Below, piece after piece: positions 39,609 to 49,090 of a stretch of 64,000 nt of DNA (position 1 is the first letter of the stretch; each line of letters begins with the position of its first letter). A program made the position numbers and the translations under genes. The notes under the pieces were generated by a model, which did not search any database, had not been told where the DNA came from, and saw only the letters and a list, made by a program, of their open reading frames with translations. The stretch is from Sphingobium sp. (GTDB taxonomy: Bacteria; Pseudomonadota; Alphaproteobacteria; Sphingomonadales; Sphingomonadaceae): assembly GCF_048594625.1 (NCBI RefSeq), contig NZ_JBMDWL010000099.1, positions 2,505 to 66,504 of the forward strand, written 5' to 3'.

Positions 39609-39694
39609 GCGCACTCCCCCCCTTCTCTTTCACGGGCTCGGAAGAGGAGACAGGCCAGCCGGAAACCCGAAAGAGGCGGCATGTTGGAAAGAAA

Positions 39695-39770
<76 letters not shown>

Positions 39771-39822
39771 ACTCCGGCCTGTTTCCGGTCCGAGTAGGAC
39801 CGACTGCATCGGCCCGATGCAG

Positions 39823-39909
39823 TGGTGGACAGGGCTGGATTCGAACCAGCGTACGGGAAACCCGGGCAGATTTACAGTCTGCTGCCTTTAACCACTCGGC
39901 CACCTGTCC
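39823..39909 (-). tRNA. tRNA-Tyr (anticodon GUA), long variable arm, CCA encoded
   Basis: GGACAGG...GCAGA-CTGTAAA-TCTGC, variable stem CGGG-TTT-CCCG, T arm GCTGG-TTCGAAT-CCAGC, acceptor 3' strand CCTGTCC-A-CCA. Confidence 0.9.
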
Positions 39910-40015
39910 AGTGCCCTACACAGCGGAGAAATTTGCGTTTCCCGCCGCGCTGGAGGCGGCCTAATGGCGAAAGGAGACTTGCCTGTCAATGGCCTGATGT
40001 GAAAAGAGCGAAATC

Positions 40016-40759
40016 ATGAAAAAAGGTCATCGTTCCGCCAAGCCCAAGGGCGCCTTCCCCCGCTTCTACGGTCGTCATGCCGTGACGGCCGCGCTCGCCA
40101 ATCCCAACCGCACCGTGCGCAAGATATGGGGCACGCGCGAAGCGCTGGCCCATCTGGATCTGCCGCCGATACTGCCGATCGTCTATTCCGACGTCGCCGA
40201 CATGGGCCGCATGGTCCCGTCCGACGCGCCGCATCAGGGCATCGTCGCCGAAGTCGAGCCGCTGGACGACGTATGGCTGGGCGAAGCGCTGGAGGAAGGG
40301 CAGGATGACAAGCGCCCCATCCTGGTGCTGGATCAGGTGACGGACCCGCATAATGTGGGCGCGATCCTGCGGTCCGCCGCTGCGTTCGACGCGCTGTGCA
40401 TCGTCACGCAGGACCGGCATGCCCCGCCCGAATCGGGAGTACTGGCGCGCGCGGCATCGGGCGCGCTGGAAATCGTGCCATGGGTGCGCGTCGTGAACCT
40501 TGCCCGCGCGCTGGATGAAATCGCAGAGGCTGGCTACTGGCGAATCGGGCTGGACGGCGACGCCGACAGCCATCTGGGCGACGCCATCGGCGAATCGCGC
40601 GTCGCGCTGGTGCTGGGGGCCGAAGGCGAAGGGCTGCGCCACAACACCATCGCCCATTGCGACATCATCGCCAAATTGCCGATCAGCCCGCGCATGGAAA
40701 GCCTGAACGTGTCCAACGCGGCCGCCATCGCGCTCTACGCGGCGACGACGAAGGGCTGA
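40016..40759 (+). CDS. SpoU/TrmH-family RNA 2'-O-methyltransferase (RlmB-like)
   Basis: SpoU motifs LDQVTDPHNVGAILRSAAAF, LVLGAEGEGL and IPISPRMESLNVSNAAAIALY. Confidence 0.85.
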   Translation: MKKGHRSAKPKGAFPRFYGRHAVTAALANPNRTVRKIWGTREALAHLDLPPILPIVYSDVADMGRMVPSDAPHQGIVAEVEPLDDVWLGEALEEGQDDKRPILVLDQVTDPHNVGAILRSAAAFDALCIVTQDRHAPPESGVLARAASGALEIVPWVRVVNLARALDEIAEAGYWRIGLDGDADSHLGDAIGESRVALVLGAEGEGLRHNTIAHCDIIAKLPISPRMESLNVSNAAAIALYAATTKG

Positions 40760-40799
40760 AGCCACAATTTCGGGGGTTAGAATATTGAGGGAAAGCGCC

Positions 40800-41543
40800 A
40801 TGAACCGCCTGTATCGCAGCATCGGTGCGCTGGCGGGTCTGCTGGCGCTTTCCGCCTGTCTGGTGACGCCCGGCAAGTTCGAATCGAGCCTCGACATCCG
40901 TGCCGACCGCAGTTTCAGCTTTGCCTATAAGGGCGAAGTTCTGGCGTCGGACATGGGCAAGGACGGGCTGACGGGCGGCGCATCGTCGCCGCCCGGCGAC
41001 GATGGGCAGGCCGAAGGGGAAACGGACAGCACCCCCACGCTGATGCAGATCGCGGCAAAGGAGGAGGATTTCAGCGATCCGTCGAGCGCCAATGACGAAG
41101 CCCAGATGCAGGCCATCGCCACGGCGCTGGCCAAGGAAAAGGGATTTCGGGCGGCCCGCTACATGGGCAATCACAAGTTCGAGATCGACTATGCGATCAG
41201 CGGCAGGCTGACCCACGCCTTCCTGTTCCCGTTCAACATCGATGCCCAGATCGTGCTGCCCTTCGTCGCGGTGGAATTGCGCAGCGACGACCGCGTGCGG
41301 GTAAAGGCGCCGGGCTTTTCCAACGGGTTCGACAAAAGCCAGGGACCGACCGGGATAAGTGGGGGCAGCGACAATGCGGCCATGGCGCTGGACGGCCGCT
41401 TCACGCTGACCACCGACGCGGAAATCGTCAGCCAGAATCAGGAAGACGGCGCGGAAAGTACGCCGCAGGGCAAGCGGATCGTCTGGACGATCAACCCGCT
41501 GACCGGCGAAGCGCCCGCCGCAACATTGCGCGTCGCGAAATAA
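40800..41543 (+). CDS. Lipoprotein, hypothetical
   Basis: MNRLYRSIGALAGLLALSAC carries a lipobox (LSAC). I recognise no family. Confidence 0.6.
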   Translation: MNRLYRSIGALAGLLALSACLVTPGKFESSLDIRADRSFSFAYKGEVLASDMGKDGLTGGASSPPGDDGQAEGETDSTPTLMQIAAKEEDFSDPSSANDEAQMQAIATALAKEKGFRAARYMGNHKFEIDYAISGRLTHAFLFPFNIDAQIVLPFVAVELRSDDRVRVKAPGFSNGFDKSQGPTGISGGSDNAAMALDGRFTLTTDAEIVSQNQEDGAESTPQGKRIVWTINPLTGEAPAATLRVAK

Positions 41544-41657
41544 GGTTCACGGCAAAATCACGTCCGGCGGGAACAGCCGACGGCTCGCATCATGCGGACA
41601 GCCAAAGGCCGTCGGAGCATCTGCCGCTTCAGGCCAGCCGGATGATGCTCCGGATGC

Positions 41658-41975
41658 TTAGTCTTCCGGCGCGATGGTGACGCGCAGGCCGTCCATCGCA
41701 TCGCTCAGCACCAGCTGACAGGACAGGCGGCTGGCTTCGCTGCGATGATCGCTGCTGTCGAGCAGGTCGTTTTCGTCCGCGCTGATCGCGGGCAGCACGT
41801 CGGCAAAAGCCGGATCGACATAGATGTGACAGGTCGCGCAGGAACAGCAGCCGCCGCACAGCGCCAGCAATTCGTCAAAGCCATGGTCGCGCATGACTTC
41901 CATCACCGACAGGCCCGTGTCGCCATCGACAGCCTGTTCTTCACCCGCACGGTTGACCACGATCAGTTTCGGCAT
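41658..41975 (-). CDS. 2Fe-2S ferredoxin (adrenodoxin/putidaredoxin type)
   Basis: Cys ligand pattern [11 protein letters not shown]...C; 105 aa. Confidence 0.9.
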   Translation of the reverse strand: MPKLIVVNRAGEEQAVDGDTGLSVMEVMRDHGFDELLALCGGCCSCATCHIYVDPAFADVLPAISADENDLLDSSDHRSEASRLSCQLVLSDAMDGLRVTIAPED

Positions 41976-42051
41976 CTACCCTGTTCCCTTGGAATTTTCT
42001 CCGCTCTTACGGACGGGGGGCGGGAAATCAAGGGGGACGAAGGGCAGCGCC

Positions 42052-42669
42052 ATGGTCAACAGCGTCGATGAACTGCGCATCAGCCTGGACGCGATCGCCG
42101 CGCTGGAACCCGGCTTTGCCGCCGCCATCGGCCGGGTCGGATACCCGCAGCCGCGGGTGCGCGAACCGGGATATGAAACATTGCTGCGCACCATCGTGGG
42201 GCAACAGGTCAGCGTCGCGGCCGCCGCAGCGGTCTGGCGCAAGCTGGAGGCGGAACTGGGCATGGGCTGCGCGCCGGACGCATTGCTGGCCCGCGATTTC
42301 GACACGCTGCGCGCATGTGGCCTGTCCCGCCAGAAACAGGGTTATGCCCGCAGCCTGGCCGAACTGGTGCTATCCGGGGTACTGGACCTCCACGCCCTGC
42401 CGCCGGACGATGAAGACGCCATCGCGCAACTGGTGCAGATCAAGGGCATCGGCCGCTGGTCGGCGGAAATCTATCTGTTGTTCGCCGAAGGACGGCCTGA
42501 CATATGGCCCGCAGGCGATCTGGCCGTTCAGATAGAGGTTGGCCGCATATTGGGCCTGCCCGAACGGCCGAGCGAGAAACTGACCCGGCAACTGGCCGAA
42601 GCATGGCGTCCGCATCGCGGCGCCGCGGCGATCATGGCCTGGCACCATTATAACACCGAGGTATTGTAA
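42052..42669 (+). CDS. DNA-3-methyladenine glycosylase II family (HhH-GPD, AlkA-like)
   Basis: The HhH-GPD block IKGIGRWSAEIYLLF and catalytic-Asp context WPAGDLAV are present. I chose the start at ATG 42052. Confidence 0.85.
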   Translation: MVNSVDELRISLDAIAALEPGFAAAIGRVGYPQPRVREPGYETLLRTIVGQQVSVAAAAAVWRKLEAELGMGCAPDALLARDFDTLRACGLSRQKQGYARSLAELVLSGVLDLHALPPDDEDAIAQLVQIKGIGRWSAEIYLLFAEGRPDIWPAGDLAVQIEVGRILGLPERPSEKLTRQLAEAWRPHRGAAAIMAWHHYNTEVL

Positions 42670-42672
42670 TCC

Positions 42673-42891
42673 ATGTCCCTGCCCCACGCCCGCTACATCG
42701 TTCTGGAACATGAAGGCGTCTGGAAGATCAATCTGGACAATAAATATTACGGCCCCTTCCCGACGCAGGCCGCCGCCATCGAAAGCGCGACCGGCACGGC
42801 GCGCAAGGCGAGCGAGGCGGGCTATCCCGCATCCGTCCTGTTGATGAAAGGGACGCAGTTCGACACTGTGTGGACCAGCCTGACCGAATGA
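42673..42891 (+). CDS. Small hypothetical protein (72 aa, DUF2188-like impression)
   Basis: YIVLEHEGVWKINLDNKYYGPFPTQAAAIESATGTARKA.... It starts 3 nt after the upstream stop. Confidence 0.45.
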   Translation: MSLPHARYIVLEHEGVWKINLDNKYYGPFPTQAAAIESATGTARKASEAGYPASVLLMKGTQFDTVWTSLTE

Positions 42892-42987
42892 TGCGCCGCC
42901 ATCCCACCGAGTAATAAAAAATGTCGATCGGCGGGAACCGAAAGGCGAAAGAGGCTTTTTTCGATACCAGCGTTTGCAGGTCAGAGA

Positions 42988-43422
42988 ATGAGCAAGAAAA
43001 TTCTAATCGTCGAGGACGAGATTTTCGTCGCGCTGGAAATCGAACAGATCGTCGAGGACGCGGGATTCACGGTGAGCGCGATTGCCGCCGATCGTGAAGC
43101 CGCGCTGGCCGGGGCCGTCGATTGCGACATCGCCCTTGTCGACCTTAATCTGCGCGATGGGCCGACCGGTCCCCAGATCGGCGTGGAACTGGCCACGCGC
43201 CATGGCATCCGCGTCATCTATGTCACCGCCAATCCCGCGCAGATCGGCGAGGCATCGGTCGCAGCGTTGGGCGTGATCACGAAACCGTTCCGCGCGCAGA
43301 GCATATCGGCCGCGCTGTGCCTTGCCGCCAATGATCAGCCCGACATCGCCAGTGCCGACATTGCGGGCTTTACGCCGTTCCTGCCGCGCGGCTCATCGAA
43401 CGCAATGGAATCCAGAGGCTGA
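42988..43422 (+). CDS. Single-domain response regulator (receiver only)
   Basis: MSKKILIVEDEIFVALEIE...IALVDLNLRDGPTG...VTANP...ITKPF. There is no output domain, only a 30-aa tail. Confidence 0.85.
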   Translation: MSKKILIVEDEIFVALEIEQIVEDAGFTVSAIAADREAALAGAVDCDIALVDLNLRDGPTGPQIGVELATRHGIRVIYVTANPAQIGEASVAALGVITKPFRAQSISAALCLAANDQPDIASADIAGFTPFLPRGSSNAMESRG

Positions 43423-44911
43423 GGCGCAGGCCGTCCACCTGCCATTCCCGCTTGATCCGCCCGCCCAGCTGCCGCTCGACGCTCAACGTCATCAGCCGGC
43501 TGCCGAACCCGTCCGAACCGCCCGGCACGACCGCCGGTCCGCCTTCCTCGCGCCAGTCAATGCGGACGTCATCCTGCTCCACCGACACATGCAGGTGCAC
43601 CCGGCCGTCGCAGGTCGACAGCGCGCCATATTTGGCCGCATTGGTCGCCAGTTCGTGAAAAAGCAGCGCCAACGGCGTGGCGGACCGGTCGTCGATGCGC
43701 GGGTCGTCCCCCGACAACAGGATGCGTGACTGGCCATCGGCGCGATAGGGCGCGAAAATTTGATCCAATACGCCCCTTAGCCGCCCTTCGTCATAGGCGA
43801 TCTGCGACGCGGATTCGACGCTGTGCGGGCGGACGAAATCATGGGCACGGCCCAGCGCCAATATGCGGTCGCGCAGATCGTCGGCAATATCGCCGATCTG
43901 CGGATGCTGTCGCGCGGACAGGCCGATCAGCCCCGCAATCACCGAAAAGATATTCTTGATGCGATGGGACAGTTCATGCGCGATCATCTCGCGCTCGTCG
44001 ATCATCAGCTTCTGTTCGTGAATATCGGTGCAGGTGCCGATCCACCGCACGATCGCACCCGCGCTGTCCCTGATCGGCAAGGCCCGCCCCAACGTCCAGC
44101 GATAATCGCCGCTGGCATGGCGCAGCCGATATTCGATTTCATAAGGATCGCCGGTCGCAAGGCTGCGGCGCCAGCGCGCCCATGCCCGGTCCTGATCGTC
44201 GGGATGGAACATGCCGTTCCACCCTTCGCCATCGGTCGAACCGGCGGGCACGCCGGTATATTCATACCAGCGGGCGTTATAATAATCATGATAGCCATCG
44301 GGCAGGGTTGACCAGACCATCTGCGGCATGGTGTCGGCCAGCGATCGGAACATGCGGTCGCTGTCGGCGACGGCGGCGGCATCCATCCGCTGGCGGATGA
44401 TGGTGTCCCGGTCCCGGCGGCGCCCCTCCAGCTCCATCATCACCTGCCGCGCGAGCAGGGACAGGCCCTGCCGCTGCACCGGCGTCAGGTCTTCGCGCGG
44501 CACCGTGTCGATGACGCAGAGCGCGCCCAGCGGATCGCCATCCGCACCGACCAGCGGCGCACCGGCATAAAAGCGGATATGCGGTGCGCCGGTGACGAGG
44601 CCATTGTCGACGAAGCGCGGATCACGCGTTGCATCGGGCACCAGAAAAATATCCTCGCCCAGCATCGCATGCGCGCAAAAAGACACGTCGCGGGGCGTTT
44701 CGCTGGCGTCGACACCGGTGCGGGCCAGAAAGCGCTGGCGCACATCCTCCACGATGCTGAGGAGCGCGATCGGCGCGCCGCACAGCTGCGCGGCAAAGGC
44801 CGTAATGTCATCCAGACTGCGGAAGCCGCCGGCATCGAGATCGTACAGCGCCAGCAGCGCCGCGCGATCCGTGGCCAGACCGCCCGTCGCCCGCCCGGTC
44901 GCGTCAGCCAT
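43370..44911 (-). CDS. GAF-PAS sensor histidine kinase of the HWE/HisKA_2 class
   Basis: The H-box [19 protein letters not shown] and the W-x-E signature in [10 protein letters not shown] are present, downstream of N-terminal GAF-like and PAS-like regions. The start ATG 44911 overlaps the murA stop by 8 nt. Confidence 0.8.
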   Translation of the reverse strand: MADATGRATGGLATDRAALLALYDLDAGGFRSLDDITAFAAQLCGAPIALLSIVEDVRQRFLARTGVDASETPRDVSFCAHAMLGEDIFLVPDATRDPRFVDNGLVTGAPHIRFYAGAPLVGADGDPLGALCVIDTVPREDLTPVQRQGLSLLARQVMMELEGRRRDRDTIIRQRMDAAAVADSDRMFRSLADTMPQMVWSTLPDGYHDYYNARWYEYTGVPAGSTDGEGWNGMFHPDDQDRAWARWRRSLATGDPYEIEYRLRHASGDYRWTLGRALPIRDSAGAIVRWIGTCTDIHEQKLMIDEREMIAHELSHRIKNIFSVIAGLIGLSARQHPQIGDIADDLRDRILALGRAHDFVRPHSVESASQIAYDEGRLRGVLDQIFAPYRADGQSRILLSGDDPRIDDRSATPLALLFHELATNAAKYGALSTCDGRVHLHVSVEQDDVRIDWREEGGPAVVPGGSDGFGSRLMTLSVERQLGGRIKREWQVDGLRLSLWIPLRSMSRAAGTA

Positions 44912-46187
44912 CGCTGACCCGTTCGATGTCCGCGCCCACGGCGGACAGCTTTTCTTCCAGCCGCTCATAACCCCGGTCGAGGTGATAGACACGCTGCACC
45001 TGCGTTTCGCCTTCGGCCGCCAGACCGGCCAGGATCAGGCTCATGGACGCGCGCAGGTCCGTCGCCATCACCGGCGCGCCGACCAGCCGGTCCACGCCCC
45101 GCACTACGGCGGTGCGGCCGTTGACCGCAATGTCCGCGCCCATGCGCGCCAGTTCGGGCACATGCATGTAACGGTTTTCGAAAATGGTTTCGGTCAGCAC
45201 CGACGCGCCATCCGCCTTCGTCAGCATCGCCATGAACTGCGCTTGCATGTCCGTGGGGAATGCCGGGAATGGCGCGGTGGACAGGGTCAGCGGCTTCAGC
45301 TTCCCATCCGATTCGATGCGAATGCCGTCCTTGCGCGCATCCACATGCACGCCCGCGTCGCGCAGAGCCGCCAGAATGGCGTGCATGTCGTCGGCGTTGG
45401 CGCCGATCAGGTCGACCGACCCGCCCGTGATGGCGGCGGCGCAGGCATAGCTACCCGCCTCGATCCGGTCGGGCATCACGCTGTAGGTCGCGCCATGCAG
45501 CCGTTCGCGGCCGTGGATCACCAGCTTGTCGGTGCCGATGCCTTCAATATCCGCGCCCATCGCGACCAGCAGTTTGCACAGGTCCACGATTTCCGGTTCG
45601 CGTGCCGCATTTTCCAGGATGCAGGTGCCCTTGGCCAGCGACGCGGCCATCACCGCATTTTCGGTGGCGCCGACCGATACGACCGGGAATGTGTAGATGC
45701 CGCCGGGCAGACCCCCGTCCGGCACGCTGGCGCGGACATAGCCCGCCGTCGTTTCCAGCGTCGCGCCGAACGCTTCCAGCGCTTTGAGATGCAGGTCGAT
45801 CGGGCGATTGCCGATGGCACAGCCACCGGGCAGCGACACGCGCGCTTCGCCCACGCGGGCGAGCAGCGGACCCAGCACCAGGATCGACGCGCGCATTTTC
45901 CGTACGATGTCATAGGGCGCCTCGGTCGATGTGATGCGGCCCGCGCGCATGGTCAGGACGCGACCGAAATCTTCCGGCCGTGCGCCCTCGATCATGGTCG
46001 ATACGCCCAGCTGGTTCAATAGATGGCCGAAACTGTCGACGTCGGCGAGGCGGGGCAGATTGCGCAGCGTCACCGGCTCGTCAGTCAGCAACGCGCAGGG
46101 CAGCAGCGTCAAAGCGGCGTTCTTCGCGCCGGAGATGGGAAGGCGGCCGTTGAGCGCGTTGCCGCCGCGAATGTGAATGCGGTCCAT
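44904..46187 (-). CDS. murA: UDP-N-acetylglucosamine 1-carboxyvinyltransferase
   Basis: [35 protein letters not shown]..., with the active-site loop context [15 protein letters not shown]; 427 aa. Confidence 0.95.
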   Translation of the reverse strand: MDRIHIRGGNALNGRLPISGAKNAALTLLPCALLTDEPVTLRNLPRLADVDSFGHLLNQLGVSTMIEGARPEDFGRVLTMRAGRITSTEAPYDIVRKMRASILVLGPLLARVGEARVSLPGGCAIGNRPIDLHLKALEAFGATLETTAGYVRASVPDGGLPGGIYTFPVVSVGATENAVMAASLAKGTCILENAAREPEIVDLCKLLVAMGADIEGIGTDKLVIHGRERLHGATYSVMPDRIEAGSYACAAAITGGSVDLIGANADDMHAILAALRDAGVHVDARKDGIRIESDGKLKPLTLSTAPFPAFPTDMQAQFMAMLTKADGASVLTETIFENRYMHVPELARMGADIAVNGRTAVVRGVDRLVGAPVMATDLRASMSLILAGLAAEGETQVQRVYHLDRGYERLEEKLSAVGADIERVSDG

Positions 46188-46403
46188 TGGGCAGGGTTAA
46201 TAACGTCTATTGCGTCCCGCGCAAGGCGGCTGCGCGTTCATTTGCGGCGCGGGCATAACACGACGCCAGGCATGCGAACGGACCGCCAACTGCAACATTA
46301 TTGCAAAGCGGGCGGCAACCTTGATCGAGTTTAGTGCACGTCCTGAAAATGCAGCCAAAAGGCACTTAGGGCGTTTTGCCATCGTAACGACAATAGGAAA
46401 AAG

Positions 46404-47144
46404 GTGTTCTTGGTGGCAACGAGTTGTTTCGCGGAAAGACTGGCAAAACAGGTGCCGCTGTCCGATGCGGAAAAAAAGGCATTGGCCCGGCTCGAAGAAA
46501 ATCCGCGCAAGGTAAAGCGCGGCGTAATGATCCAGCGGGTCAACGAAACCGTGACCGAGCTGTTCGTGCTGCGCGAAGGGCGGGTGATGAGCTTCGTCAT
46601 CCTGCCCGACGGCAGTCGCCAGATTCTGCGCGTCTATTTTCCCGGCGATTTCATCGGATCGGCCAGCACCATCTACAGCAAGGCGCCCGAATCGCTGGTC
46701 GCGCTGTCGGATGCGATCGTGTGCCCGTTCGACAAACATGCGCTGCGCCGCCTGCTGGACGAATATCCACGTGTTGCCGCCCTGCTGTTCCTGTTGTCCA
46801 ATGCGGAACGGGTGGCGATGACGGATCGTCTGGCGGCGCTGGGCCGCACGTCGGCAAAGGCGCGGGTTGCCTCCTTCCTGCTCGACATGTTCGACCGGCT
46901 GCGCGTCACGGACGACAGCATCATCGACAGTTTCGACCTGAAGCTGACGCAGGAGGAAATCGGCGATTCGATCGGGCTGACATCGGTGCATGTGAACCGC
47001 ATGATCCGCCAGATGGAACAGGAAGGGCTGATCAGCCGCTCCAACGGACGCATCACCCTGACCGACATGGCCCGGCTGGAGGAGATCGGCCATTATACCA
47101 ACCGGCACAAGGACATGGATCTGGACTGGTTGCCCGTCGGCTGA
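46404..47144 (+). CDS. Crp/Fnr family transcriptional regulator
   Basis: A cNMP-binding-like beta-roll is followed by the C-terminal HTH LTQEEIGDSIGLTSVHVNRMIRQMEQEGLI. The exact start is uncertain. Confidence 0.8.
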   Translation: MFLVATSCFAERLAKQVPLSDAEKKALARLEENPRKVKRGVMIQRVNETVTELFVLREGRVMSFVILPDGSRQILRVYFPGDFIGSASTIYSKAPESLVALSDAIVCPFDKHALRRLLDEYPRVAALLFLLSNAERVAMTDRLAALGRTSAKARVASFLLDMFDRLRVTDDSIIDSFDLKLTQEEIGDSIGLTSVHVNRMIRQMEQEGLISRSNGRITLTDMARLEEIGHYTNRHKDMDLDWLPVG

Positions 47145-47202
47145 ATAACCCCGGCCGACCCTTCAGCCGTTCGCGCCCTGGGAAATATCCCATGACCGCA
47201 GA

Positions 47203-47463
47203 CTATCTGCGTTTGGGTTCCGGCGGGAAGCAAGTCGTGCAGCGTCGCCAGCAGGTGACGCCCGGCATGGCCACCGCCGGGGTCAGGCCGCGTTCGGGAT
47301 AAAGGCCGGTCAGGATCGCGGGCGATACGCCTTCGGGCGCGGCGCGATTGTGACACATCAGGCAGTTGCGGACGTAACGCGCGCGGGTAAGGCCGCTATG
47401 ATCCTCCTGCCCATGCGCCAGCCCCGGCAACAGGGCCAGCACCGCGAACAGCGCCCGCATCAC
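47203..47463 (-). CDS. Small c-type cytochrome-like protein (CxxCH)
   Basis: Signal peptide MMRALFAVLALLPGLAHG, heme motif CLMCH and a later AMPG (possible Met ligand). The start overlaps the HNH gene stop (GTGATG context). The C-terminal 20 aa look atypical. Confidence 0.5.
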   Translation of the reverse strand: MMRALFAVLALLPGLAHGQEDHSGLTRARYVRNCLMCHNRAAPEGVSPAILTGLYPERGLTPAVAMPGVTCWRRCTTCFPPEPKRR

Positions 47464-48026
47464 GCCATCAGCTCGACATCCCAGTAAAGCCAGTCATGCC
47501 AGCTTTCATGCAGATAGCCGGGCGGGAAAGCGCGACCATGTTCCTGCAATTGCCAGCTGGTCGGGCGGATCGGCTGGACATACAGGCTCATGCCCGCTTC
47601 CTTGGGCGTACGCCCGCCTTTTTTCAGGTTGCAGGGCGAACAGGCCGTCGCGACATTTTCCCATGTCGTGCGCCCGCCCGCGCGGCGCGGCACCACATGG
47701 TCAAATGTCAGGTCGGTCATGCAGCCGCAATATTGGCAGGCGAACCGGTCGCGCAGGAACAGGTTGAACCGGGTGAAGGCGGGATGTTCCGACGGCCGCA
47801 CATATTGCTTCAGCGCGATGACCGACGGAATCTTGATTTCCACGCTGGGGCTGTGAACCTGTCGTTCATAGCTGGCGATGATGTCGACCCGATCGAGGAA
47901 CACCGCCTTAATCGCGGTCTGCCACGGCCACAGGCTGAGCGGATAATAGCTGAGCGGCGTGTAGTCCGCATTGAGAACGAGCGCCGGGCAGTTTTCCGGG
48001 TGCCGTATGAGGTCGGGATGGTACAT
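47460..48026 (-). CDS. HNH endonuclease
   Basis: CQYCG...DHVVPRRAGGRTTWENVATACSPCNLKKG is an HNH/His-Me finger. I chose the start at MYHPDLI (48026). Confidence 0.85.
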   Translation of the reverse strand: MYHPDLIRHPENCPALVLNADYTPLSYYPLSLWPWQTAIKAVFLDRVDIIASYERQVHSPSVEIKIPSVIALKQYVRPSEHPAFTRFNLFLRDRFACQYCGCMTDLTFDHVVPRRAGGRTTWENVATACSPCNLKKGGRTPKEAGMSLYVQPIRPTSWQLQEHGRAFPPGYLHESWHDWLYWDVELMA

Positions 48027-48120
48027 AAAAACCTTCTTCCCCCTTGTCGCGGTTGCTGATCGTCCAGCAACGTGACAAGCGCATGACAGCATTAACGAAT
48101 ATCTCCCGTCAAGAGCCTGT

Positions 48121-49080
48121 ATGAGTCATTCAGCCATACCACAGCATATGGTGACCCGCTTCGCCCCCAGCCCGACCGGGCCATTGCATGTCGGCCACGC
48201 CTGGTCCGCGCTGATGGCGATGGACATGGCGCGCGCGGCCGGTGGCGCCTTTCGCCTGCGGATCGAGGATATAGACGGCACGCGCAGCCGCCCGGAACAT
48301 GTCGCCGGAATCATGGCGGACTTGCGCTGGCTGGGCATCGCGTGGGATGGCGACGTCATTTTCCAGTCGCAACGCCTTCACCACTATGACGCGGCGCTGG
48401 ACCGGTTGCGGGCGATGGACCTGCTCTATCCCTGTTTCTGTACCCGCGCCGACATTCAGGCCAGCCTGACCGCGCCGCACGGACCGGAAGGAACAGTCTA
48501 TCCGGGCACCTGCCGGGGGTTGAGCCTGGACGATCGGGCGCGCCGGATCGCGGCGGGCGATGCCCATGCCTGGCGCATCGACATGGCGCGGGCCGTGGAT
48601 CGGGCGGGTCCGCTCAACTGGACGAGCCTGCCCTTTCCCGTTGGGGCTGGGCCTGTCGAAGCCCCTTCTTTGCCTTCAGACAGAAACGGCCCTTCGATAA
48701 GTTCGGGGCGAACGGAACAAATGGTTGCCGCCCCCCTCTCCCATGGCGATGTCGTCCTGGCGCGCAAGGACGCGCCCGCCAGCTATCATCTGTCCTGCAC
48801 GCTCGACGATGCGGCGATGGGGGTGACCCATGTGCTGCGCGGCGACGATCTGCGCGGGGCGACCGACGTCCACCGGCTGATACAGGCGCTGCTCGGCCTG
48901 CCCAGCCCGGCCTACGTTCACCATCCCCTGCTGCTGGGGGCGGACGGACGGCGGCTGGCCAAGCGCGACGGGTCGATCGCGCTGGCCGATCTGCGCGGCG
49001 CCGGCATGGACCCGGCGGCGCTGGCGTCGAACCTGCGCGCCGGACGCTTTCCCATTGGCATTATGATCGCAAGCGCCTAG
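48121..49080 (+). CDS. gluQ: tRNA glutamyl-Q(34) synthetase (GluQRS)
   Basis: RFAPSPTGPLHVGHAWSAL (HIGH region), RIEDID and SYHLSCTLDDAAMGVTHVLRGDDL are present, and the protein lacks an anticodon-binding domain. It contains an extra segment of about 26 aa (see repeat 48638-48715). Confidence 0.88.
   Translation: MSHSAIPQHMVTRFAPSPTGPLHVGHAWSALMAMDMARAAGGAFRLRIEDIDGTRSRPEHVAGIMADLRWLGIAWDGDVIFQSQRLHHYDAALDRLRAMDLLYPCFCTRADIQASLTAPHGPEGTVYPGTCRGLSLDDRARRIAAGDAHAWRIDMARAVDRAGPLNWTSLPFPVGAGPVEAPSLPSDRNGPSISSGRTEQMVAAPLSHGDVVLARKDAPASYHLSCTLDDAAMGVTHVLRGDDLRGATDVHRLIQALLGLPSPAYVHHPLLLGADGRRLAKRDGSIALADLRGAGMDPAALASNLRAGRFPIGIMIASA
48638..48715. repeat. 78-nt palindromic MITE/REP-like element inserted in-frame in gluQ
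   Basis: Arms CCGTTGGGGCTGGGCCTGTCGAAGCCCC and GGCCCTTCGATAAGTTCGGGGCGAACGG pair 18 of 28 by Watson-Crick, 22 of 28 counting G-U. The AT-richer centre is TTCTTTGCCTTCAGACAGAAAC. The length is 26 codons with no stop in the gluQ frame. Confidence 0.6.
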
Positions 49081-49090
49081 CATAGCGTCC

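Noticed and set aside
39609-39694. Guanidine riboswitch (ykkC, mini-ykkC or ykkC-III) upstream of the SugE/Gdx-like gene
   Set aside because: Established knowledge led me to look for one, because such exporters are often riboswitch-controlled. The 86-nt leader shows no ACGR-loop hairpin pair, no ykkC-III pseudoknot core and only a fragmentary GGGTTTCCGGC resemblance to ykkC. An Infernal scan would settle it.
42892-42987. EcfG-type general-stress promoter (GGAAC-N16/17-CGTT) upstream of the single-domain response regulator
   Set aside because: GGAAC and CGTT are both present but are separated by 32 nt, which is incompatible with the consensus spacing.
46291-46305. TGCAA-N5-TTGCA palindrome upstream of the Crp/Fnr gene as an autoregulatory site, and TTGATCGAGTTTAG at 46322-46335 as an FNR box
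   Set aside because: The palindrome is short and does not match the TGTGA-N6-TCACA or TTGAT-N4-ATCAA consensus. The second half of the putative FNR box is wrong.
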